From assembly GCA_900546225.1 (NCBI GenBank), contig URBZ01000001.1:85124-149123 (forward strand): a DNA stretch of 64,000 nucleotides, given 5' to 3'. The translations under genes and the position numbers were made by a program. A model generated the notes under the pieces. It saw only the letters and a program-made list of their open reading frames with translations. It was not told the origin of the DNA and made no database searches. Of the stretch, positions 18,631 to 27,300 are shown one piece after another (position 1 is the stretch's first letter; the number at the start of each line of letters is the position of its first letter). The stretch comes from an uncultured Rickettsiales bacterium. Lineage in GTDB: Bacteria > Pseudomonadota > Alphaproteobacteria > Rs-D84.

Positions 18631-19844
18631 TATTTTTTCACAACGCGCAGAAATGTTTTTTTACCCTTTTGCACGATGATTTCGTCCGCCGGTGCAACGA
18701 CATGTTTTGGGTCTGTGATTTTTTCGCCATCCAACTGAATGCCACCCTGTTCCACGTTACGACGGGCCTCGGACTTGGACGCGAACAATCCCGCCGTGCA
18801 CAAGAAATCCAAGATACCCATTGCCGCACCAAATTCGATTTGCACCTGTGGCATATTTTCAGATTTTGCGCCGCCACCAAACAATGCGTCCGCCGCATCT
18901 TGGGCCGCAACCGCCGCATCATGACCGTGCGCGATTTCCGTTGCGGCATATGCCAACACGCGCTTTACCGCGTTCAATTCCGCCCCTTGGGCCGCGGCCA
19001 AACGTGCAATTTCGTCCAACGGAATTTCAGTGAAAATTTTCAAGAATTTTTCAACCAAATCGTCCGGCGTATTGCGGAAATACTGATAGTATTCATATGG
19101 CGACGTTTTATCTTCGTTCACCCACACGGCGTTGCCGGCGGATTTGCCAATCTTGTTGCCATTGGCGTCCGTAATCAACTGGGTCGACAGGACAAAAACC
19201 TCTTTGCCCAATTTTTTACGCACCAATTCGACACCCATAATACTGTTGCCCCATTGGTCTGCACCACATAACTGCACTGTGCAACCATATTTTTTATACA
19301 AGGTCAGGAAATCAACCGCCTGGAATGTCATATAGTTAAATTCCAAGAACGTCATACCATTTTCCAATCTGCGACGAACGCTTTCCATACCCAACATACG
19401 TGGCACGGTAAAATCCGTTCCAAATTCGCGCAGGAAATCCATATGGCTGTACCCCGACATCCATTCGTTATTATCAACCATCACCGCGCCCGTTGGCGTG
19501 CCATCAAAATGAATAAATTTTTCGATTGAATGACGCAACCCCGCACAGTTATGTTCAATTTGTTCGTCGGTCAGCATCGGACGCCCCTTGTCACGACCAG
19601 ACGGGTCACCAATGCGCCCCGTTGCACCGCCAACCAGCGCGATTGGGCGATGACCGTATTTCTGAAACCAACGCATCAGCATCAGCGACGCCAAATGCCC
19701 AACATGCAATGAATCACCCGTTGGGTCTGTCCCCCAATATGCCGTCACATGTCCCGCATTTAACGCATCATTCAGCGCGTCCATATTAGACGCCTGATTG
19801 ATAAAACCGCGCGCCTCTAATTCCTGTAATAATTCGTTTTTCAT
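18630..19844 (-). CDS. tyrS: tyrosyl-tRNA synthetase
   Basis: HIGH motif as HVGH, KMSKS-like KIGKS, C-terminal S4 domain. Confidence 0.9.
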   Translation of the reverse strand: MKNELLQELEARGFINQASNMDALNDALNAGHVTAYWGTDPTGDSLHVGHLASLMLMRWFQKYGHRPIALVGGATGRIGDPSGRDKGRPMLTDEQIEHNCAGLRHSIEKFIHFDGTPTGAVMVDNNEWMSGYSHMDFLREFGTDFTVPRMLGMESVRRRLENGMTFLEFNYMTFQAVDFLTLYKKYGCTVQLCGADQWGNSIMGVELVRKKLGKEVFVLSTQLITDANGNKIGKSAGNAVWVNEDKTSPYEYYQYFRNTPDDLVEKFLKIFTEIPLDEIARLAAAQGAELNAVKRVLAYAATEIAHGHDAAVAAQDAADALFGGGAKSENMPQVQIEFGAAMGILDFLCTAGLFASKSEARRNVEQGGIQLDGEKITDPKHVVAPADEIIVQKGKKTFLRVVKK

Positions 19845-19947
19845 TTGCAAATTCCTTATGTCCACAATGCTAGCAGAGTTTCGCCCCCCGCGCAAATGTT
19901 TTATATCACGACGGCGCGTAAACAACAGTGCTACGCAACACTATTTA

Positions 19948-20080
19948 CTGGATTGCTTTGTTACACTCGCAATGAATCCAAGCGAAGCGCAGGATGCGGC
20001 AAGGGCGTTAGCCCGCAGGCGACACACGTTCTAGAATCTCTGTCATTGCGAGCGAGCGTAGCGACGCGTGGCAATCCAGT
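19948..20080. repeat. nested palindromic element with internal insert
   Basis: actggattgctttgttacactcgcaatga ... ttctagaa ... tgtcattgcgagcgagcgtagcgacgcgtggcaatccagt. Confidence 0.7.
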
Positions 20081-20102
20081 TGATAAAAGCGCAAATTGCC
20101 TT

Positions 20103-20135
20103 CATAAAAAATACCGCCGAACGGCGGTATTTTTT
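20103..20135. terminator. bidirectional intrinsic terminator downstream of tsf
   Basis: aaaaaataccgccgaacggcggtattttttg. Confidence 0.7.
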
Positions 20136-20152
20136 GTTTCTCAAATGTTGTA

Positions 20153-21022
20153 TTATGCCAACATTTTTGCGACTTCGTCCGCCAAGTTATCTTCGCGTTT
20201 CTGGATACCTTCGCCCAGTACGTAATATGCATAACCGGCCAGTTTGCCACCGTGTTCGGCGACAACTTCTTTGACTGTCTTGGACGGATCCATAACGAAT
20301 GGCTGTTCTTCCAGAACAGTTTCCGCATAGTATTTGTGGATACGACCCTGAACCATCTTTTCAACAACGGCCTCTGGTTTGCCAGCGGTTGCGCCAGATT
20401 CAATGAACACTTTCTTTTCGCGTTCAACGGCGGCTGGGTCAACATCAGCGATTGTCATAAATTCTGGTTTGTTTGCAGCAATGTGCATTGCAATCTTGTT
20501 ACCGATTTCGTCGATTTTTTCAGAATCACCATCGATTGCAACCGCAACACCAATCTGGCCCATACCTGGAACCAAGGCATTGTGAATGTATGTGTAAATG
20601 TGCTGACCTGAAACCTTGGCAATACGGCGCAGGTTCATATTTTCACCGATTGTGGAAATAGTTGCTGCGATATCATCTTTGACTGCTGCCAATGTGGCGT
20701 CAAAATCGCCGCCCAGTTCCAATGCCTTGGCTGCAACGTCGGCAACCAATTTCTGGAACTTGTCATTTTTCGCGACAAAGTCAGTTTCAGCGTTCAATTC
20801 AACAACACAACCCATGTTATCGCATTTTACAACGGTAACCAAGCCCGATGCCGCAACACGGCCGGCTTTGGATGCTGCTTTGACAATACCTTTTTGACGC
20901 AGCCAATCAGCCGCCGCTTCGATATCACCGTTTGATTCAACCAAGGCCTTTTTGCAGTCCATCATACCTGCGGCTGTTTTTTCGCGCAGTTCCTGAATCA
21001 TTTTTGCTGTTATTTCTGCCAT
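20153..21022 (-). CDS. tsf: elongation factor Ts
   Basis: N-terminal UBA-like MAEITAKMIQELREKTAAGMMDCKKAL. Confidence 0.9.
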   Translation of the reverse strand: MAEITAKMIQELREKTAAGMMDCKKALVESNGDIEAAADWLRQKGIVKAASKAGRVAASGLVTVVKCDNMGCVVELNAETDFVAKNDKFQKLVADVAAKALELGGDFDATLAAVKDDIAATISTIGENMNLRRIAKVSGQHIYTYIHNALVPGMGQIGVAVAIDGDSEKIDEIGNKIAMHIAANKPEFMTIADVDPAAVEREKKVFIESGATAGKPEAVVEKMVQGRIHKYYAETVLEEQPFVMDPSKTVKEVVAEHGGKLAGYAYYVLGEGIQKREDNLADEVAKMLA

Positions 21023-21336
21023 AGTTTTCCCCCTAGGATATAGTTTTTGATTTTAAGTAATTTTTGGTACTTGGCCGCGTGCGCGACACAACGCGCACGC
21101 TGAATTGCATTACCGACGTCACATGCCAACGGGCCAAATACCCCGCGCACACGCGCCACATATCCCATGCATTGACCAGTGATTTTGTCGATGCACATAT
21201 ATGCAGCGGCATCACCCTGATAAAACATGTGTTTGGCAAAATAGCGGACGCCCGCCGACGATGTTACATACTCGCCACATTCGTCCAATACTTTTCTGAT
21301 TGAATCCAGTGATGGGGCGTCGCTATATTTGCTCAT
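21010..21336 (-). CDS. hypothetical protein inserted between rpsB and tsf
   Basis: 108-aa ORF exactly filling the rpsB-tsf gap. Weak RBS. Not verified. Confidence 0.35.
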   Translation of the reverse strand: MSKYSDAPSLDSIRKVLDECGEYVTSSAGVRYFAKHMFYQGDAAAYMCIDKITGQCMGYVARVRGVFGPLACDVGNAIQRARCVAHAAKYQKLLKIKNYILGGKLWQK

Positions 21337-21348
21337 TCTGTAATGACC

Positions 21349-22194
21349 TTATTTGTCAGATTTATCGGCCAATTTGCCACGGCGTTCTGCGCGTGCTTCT
21401 GATGTCTTGGATTTCTGACGTGCTTCTTTGTCTTTTACGCCCGCTTCGAAATCATCGGCCGCAGACATGTCTGCTTCGACCTTTTTACCAGCCGCACCGC
21501 CCAGACGTTTTTCAATACCGGACAGGATTGCATCAACGAACAGGTCACAGTACAACTGTGTTGCGCGTGCCGCGTCGTCGTTACCTGGTACTGGGTAATC
21601 AACCAATTCTGGATTCGCGTTTGTATCGCAAATTGCGATTGTTGGAATGTCCAGATTGCGCGCTTCGCGGACTGCATTGATTTCACGTGGAACATCAATG
21701 ACAATCATCGCCTGTGGTGTGCCATGCATTTCCAAAATACCACCAAAGATTTCACGCAGTTTTTCAACTTCTTTGGTCATAACGCCGACTTCTTTCTTGG
21801 TCAAGCCTAATTTGTCAGCATTTTCGATATCGGATTCCATCTTTTTCAGACGGCGAATTGACTGCGAAACCGTTGTCCAGTTTGTCAACATACCACCCAA
21901 CCAGCGGTTATTGACATAGTATTGACCGCAACGTTCGGCCGCATCTTTGACGATGTCTTTGGCCTGATGCTTGGTCGCAACAAACAGAACCTTGCCGCCG
22001 GCGGCTGTGATTGCTTCCAATGCAACCAACGCGCGATACAGCAACGGTGCAGTTTTGTTCAAATTGATGATATGAATTTTATCTTTGACCCCATAAACAT
22101 ACGGTGTCATCAACGGATTCCAGCGACGTGTGTGGTGACCAAAATGGACGCCCGCTTCCATCAACTGTTTCATAGTAAATGTAGGCAATGCCAT
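21349..22194 (-). CDS. rpsB: 30S ribosomal protein S2
   Basis: MKQLMEAGVHFGHHTRRWNP signature. Confidence 0.95.
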   Translation of the reverse strand: MALPTFTMKQLMEAGVHFGHHTRRWNPLMTPYVYGVKDKIHIINLNKTAPLLYRALVALEAITAAGGKVLFVATKHQAKDIVKDAAERCGQYYVNNRWLGGMLTNWTTVSQSIRRLKKMESDIENADKLGLTKKEVGVMTKEVEKLREIFGGILEMHGTPQAMIVIDVPREINAVREARNLDIPTIAICDTNANPELVDYPVPGNDDAARATQLYCDLFVDAILSGIEKRLGGAAGKKVEADMSAADDFEAGVKDKEARQKSKTSEARAERRGKLADKSDK

Positions 22195-22419
22195 GATTTT
22201 TTCCTTTTTCTGTTGTTATCCTCGTCGTGGACGCCATACCAGATTTTATTGCAAACCCAGACAGAAAATAGCCCAACGACTGTGTTCTTCACGCTTGCAC
22301 GTGTACCCCGATACTAAACCAAACACCCATAAAAATCAAGCACAAATTGACAAAAATGAATAAATTCAAATATAAAATCACAGGTTGACAAAAATATTTT
22401 ACGTGTCTACAATTCACAT

Positions 22420-24255
22420 ATGAATTTATGGCGACGCATTTTGACCGCAATCGCAATAATTGGAATATCAACAGGAAATTCCATGGCGGCACGCGATTGC
22501 ACAAACCCAACATATCGCCACAACAATCCCGATGAATGCAGTATGTTTTTTGGTGGCGGCGTCGCGCTGGTTGGCACATCCACTATCGCGGCCAGTGCCA
22601 TTGCATTGGTTGGCCTGTCGCTGGGCGGCAGTGATGGCAGCACGTCTGCAACACACAACACGCCAAACGCAACATACATTCAACCCACACGCAGCGTATA
22701 CAATTATGTCGGGGGCGACGTTGACGCGGCGCATCTGGCCGGCATTCGTCAAGAATCCATATACCAGCGCAATTTTGACCAATATGATACCATTCGTCTG
22801 GCATGGTCGCTGGCACGCGGTTTTACCGGCCGCGGCACAGAAATCGCCGTACTGGACGCCGGCCCAGATACGTGGCACGGAAAAACGGTCGCATCATTTG
22901 CATCAGGCGCGGTTGCACCAAACGCCACCGTCCGTGAATATAAAATCGCCGACGCAAATATGGACTTTATACCATTTTCCGAAATTGGCGACGTTATCGC
23001 CCGTGCCCACACCGCAGACGTATATAATGCCAGTTGGGCTGTTGACATGCGCGCGACCCAGATATATTCGCGTCACCAACTGATGCAACTGACTGATTCT
23101 AATTTTATAAATCAAATATCAAATGCCGCAACCCAACGCGACGCAATTTTCGTATGGGCGGCGGGCAACGACAGCAGCAGTCAATCCAGTGCCCTGTCCG
23201 CCCTGCCCGCCGTTATGCCTGAACTGGACGGACACTTTATAAATGTCGTTGCATATGACGATGTGACCGGCACATTGGCCGATTACAGCAACGCATGCGG
23301 CATTACAATGAATTGGTGTATCACTGCCCCTGGAACACTGGATACAGGGAAAACTATCGCCGCAGGGACAAGTTTTGCCACCCCAATCGTATCGGCGGCA
23401 ATCGCCGTATTGCGCGAAGCATTCCCATACATGACCGCACCACAAATTACATCACTGTTATTTGAAACCGCACGTGATTTAGGCGCAGATGGCATTGACC
23501 CAATCTATGGTCATGGCATGTTGGATTTGGAACGTGCAACCCGCCCTGTGGGCGCGGAATTGATTCCATTGGACAATGGCGCAACACAACCACTGTCTGC
23601 CGCACGCGCATCGGGTCAAATTGCCCACAAAATCAAAAGTGCAAACCCGAAATTCGCATTCGTTGATGCATACGGACGTGCATTCAACGCAGATTTAGGC
23701 AAAAATATATCTGTCCAGAACGCATCAATCGGTTGGCGACACCTGCGCAGCAATAATATCGCGGCATTTCGTACCGGCAATATCGAATTTGGACTGCGTG
23801 AAATGGACATTTTGCCCACAGATGGCGCACTGGGCACAACCAATCGTAATTTAATCAGTTTTATCGGCACAACCAACACGTGGGATTGGCATAATATCGA
23901 ACTGTTCCAGACATCCACAATCGGATTTGCCCGCGCCCAGACGAATGAAAACTCGCTGATAACAGGCACATCCGACATCACGACCGCATCGGTTACATTT
24001 GGCGCAAATATTGGTGATTTTACATTTGCCGCCGCAATCCCAGACACCGTGATTGGCGGAAACATGACATTACGCCTGCCAACGGGGCGCGCGACGGGTG
24101 GTGAAATAATCTTTAACGATTACACCATTGACTTGGTGGCACGACCATCGGTTGAATTTACGGGGAAATATCGGTTTCTGACGGTTGGATTTGTTGATAA
24201 TCCATATGGCACAGACGAACTGTTTATCGTGGGTAAATGGAAATTGGAATTTTAA
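22420..24255 (+). CDS. subtilisin-like (S8) serine peptidase with C-terminal beta-barrel/autotransporter-like domain
   Basis: Signal peptide. S8 blocks (AVLDAG, GTSFATPIVSAAIAVL). About 300-aa C-terminal region ending WKLEF. Confidence 0.75.
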   Translation: MNLWRRILTAIAIIGISTGNSMAARDCTNPTYRHNNPDECSMFFGGGVALVGTSTIAASAIALVGLSLGGSDGSTSATHNTPNATYIQPTRSVYNYVGGDVDAAHLAGIRQESIYQRNFDQYDTIRLAWSLARGFTGRGTEIAVLDAGPDTWHGKTVASFASGAVAPNATVREYKIADANMDFIPFSEIGDVIARAHTADVYNASWAVDMRATQIYSRHQLMQLTDSNFINQISNAATQRDAIFVWAAGNDSSSQSSALSALPAVMPELDGHFINVVAYDDVTGTLADYSNACGITMNWCITAPGTLDTGKTIAAGTSFATPIVSAAIAVLREAFPYMTAPQITSLLFETARDLGADGIDPIYGHGMLDLERATRPVGAELIPLDNGATQPLSAARASGQIAHKIKSANPKFAFVDAYGRAFNADLGKNISVQNASIGWRHLRSNNIAAFRTGNIEFGLREMDILPTDGALGTTNRNLISFIGTTNTWDWHNIELFQTSTIGFARAQTNENSLITGTSDITTASVTFGANIGDFTFAAAIPDTVIGGNMTLRLPTGRATGGEIIFNDYTIDLVARPSVEFTGKYRFLTVGFVDNPYGTDELFIVGKWKLEF

Positions 24256-24352
24256 CCCACTGCACCCCAAGAAAAATTTAACATATTTACTTGTCTTTTC
24301 ACTATTTGCCATCTAAAATACACCTGCAATACAGGAAGGGGATTTTTATACC

Positions 24353-27300
24353 ATGGCAACAAAACAGTACCGCAAAAATACCAAGAATCCAAAGCGTAAA
24401 TTGTTTTCCATACGCAAAATTGCGCTGGTCGCGTGCGCGATTGCAATTATCGCGGGCGCATTTGCATTTATCGCATTGCGTCGCGGTGACAATGCGGCAA
24501 CAAAAATGCACACGACATTTAACACCCCAACCGCGGCAACATTTACCGATACAAACAATGTAATGTTCACGTCTGACAATATTCCCGATGTGAACAATGC
24601 CCGCACGTTGGGCCGCATTCAGCCATTGGTTATTTCTTATAATTGGACGTCCGGCCCATATAATCAGGCCGTGCGCCCCGACGCAACAAACAATGACATC
24701 ACAGCCGGCACAAAAATCAGTCCATTTGTTCGTGGCACATGGACACTGCGCGGTGGTGGCGATGAATTGGCGTTCACACCCGACACCGATTGGCCCGCCG
24801 ACACGCGTTTCACTGTACGCGTTGCGGACAATCTGGTAAATTCAGACGTTGCGATTGACGATAAAACGATTTCTTTCACAACCCCGCGCATCACCGCCAC
24901 GGTGGACAGTTTCAACCTGTACCCTGCACCAAGTGCAAAGAAATCCGTAATTGGCGTTGCCGTTATATCATTTAATTACCCGATTATTACAACGGAATTT
25001 AACGATAAATTGACCGTCAAACTGGACGGGGCTAAATTGGACTTTACGGTAAAGTTTGATAAATTCCGTCGCACGGCCATAATCACAACCGCGCCGGTAC
25101 AAATCACCAATACCGACCAAATTATTCGCCTGAAATTAAACCGCGTTTCGCCCGCCGCTGGCAATGGCGCAACCCAGAAATTGACCGCGCACACAACCGT
25201 TGCCGCCGCTGATAACATATTCAAAGTATCTGAAATCACAACCACCGCGGCCGACGACAAAAACGGCAATGCGCAACAGTTGGTTCTGGTGAATATGACC
25301 GCCACCGCCGCGTCAAACACCGATTGGGGTAAATATGTTGAAATTTACCTGTTGCCTGAATACAAAACCGATGATGAAAAGTCAGACGAAACCCCACACC
25401 AATGGGCGGACGACGAAATCACCCCTGATGTGATTGCGCGCGCAAAAAAAATCCAAACAAAACTTGTCCCATTTGTAAATCCGACGGGCGTGTATCAATA
25501 CGCATTTTCATATGACGTGTCCGCTGCGAACAGATTTATTTTCGTGCGCGTTGCGTCCGGCTTTGAATCTGCGTCTGGCTTTTTTGTTAAAAATGGCGCG
25601 TCACGCGTTTTGTCCGTCGCATACCCTGTGCGCACGGTAAAAATCGCTGGCAGTGGCGCATTATTATCACTGGCGGGCGATAAAAAATTGGGCATTATGG
25701 CACGTGGTGGCGCAACCGCCGCATACGTGAATTTATCAAAGGTTAAATCATCTGAAATCAATCACTTGATTTCCCAGACATATAATATCTTTGCCGAAAA
25801 CATAGAATTTAAGGGCTGGTCATTTGGCGTTGACGATATGGCGGTTGTGTTCCGCAAAACAATTCCTTTTTCTGACCCGTCTATGACCAAAACCAATTAT
25901 GCGTCGATTGATTTGGGCGCATATCTGGACAGAACAGGTGTCGACAAAACCGGTATATTTGTAATTCAGGTCGCCCCCGACGCCACCGCCGCGCAGTACA
26001 GTGACCGTCGTCTGATTTTACTGACCAATTTAGGAATTATACGCAAGGAAAATCAAAACAATTCGTCCACTTTGTTTGTGGTAAATCTGTCTGATGGCAC
26101 GCCCGCCGCCGACACGGAAATAAACGTACTGGGACGCAATGGCAACGCCGTATGGGCGGGACGTACCGATGATGACGGCCACGCCGATATTCCTGAACTG
26201 TCATGGAACGAATATCGCGATGCGCGCGAACCCGTTGCGATTGTTGCGCGCCGTGGTGACGATGTTTCATTTATTCCATACAACGCAACCGCACCAATGG
26301 TTGATTATTCTAAATTTGATGTCGATGGCGAACATTATTATGGCGCAACACCACTGAACGCATTTGTCTTTACAGATCGCGGCATTTACCGCGCGGGCGA
26401 AGATATGGTTGCCGCCGGCATCGTAAAGAATAAATCGTTCAAGGCACTGGCTGGGATTCCTGTACGTGCCGAAATCACCGACCCACGCGGGCGCGACGCA
26501 TTGACAAAAACATTCACACTGGCGGGCGACGGAATGTTCGACATTAAATATACAATTCCCGCAACCGCCGCAACTGGCGAATGGCAGGTTCGCCTGTATT
26601 CATTGGACAATCGCGGGCGCATTGACACGTCACTGGGGGTGGCAACATTCCGCGTTGCGGACTTTGTCCCAGACAATATGAAAATCACCACCATCATCGC
26701 CGGTGGCGACACAGACGGTTGGATTGGGATTGATGGTATACGCGCGAATGTGTCCCTGCGTAATTTATTCGGCACCGCGGCAACGGACAAGCGTATTACA
26801 GCGTCTGCAACACTGACACCAACGAATTTTACATTTGATGCATTTCCTGATTACATATTCACACCAAACTTTATTTCGGGCACAGGTCTGGCCGATGGGA
26901 CGGCGCGCGCGTCCCAGACATTCACGGCAAATATGCCCGACGCGCACACCGATGAAAACGGCGCAGCAACAATTTCTATCAATTTTGACGATGTAATCCC
27001 AGATGGCACATATATGCTGAAACTGACAACCGCAGGATTTGAATCAGCATCGGGGCGCAGTGTTCGCACAACCACAACCGCACGCGTATCAAATGCAAAA
27101 TATCTGGTCGGATATCACGCCGATGGTGATTTGAAATACATCGCACGCGGGGCGTCGCGCAATGTCAAATTGGTTGCGGTTGACCACACGGGCGCGGTTG
27201 CGACGGCGGACAACCTGACCATTCGGACGGTACACCGCGAAAACCTGACCAGTTTGGTCAAGGATTACAGTGGATACTATAAATATCAAACCGTCACCCG

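Noticed and set aside
18361-19271. Plus-strand ORFs 18361..18738 and 18597..19271
   Set aside because: Antisense to the M23 peptidase and tyrS genes.
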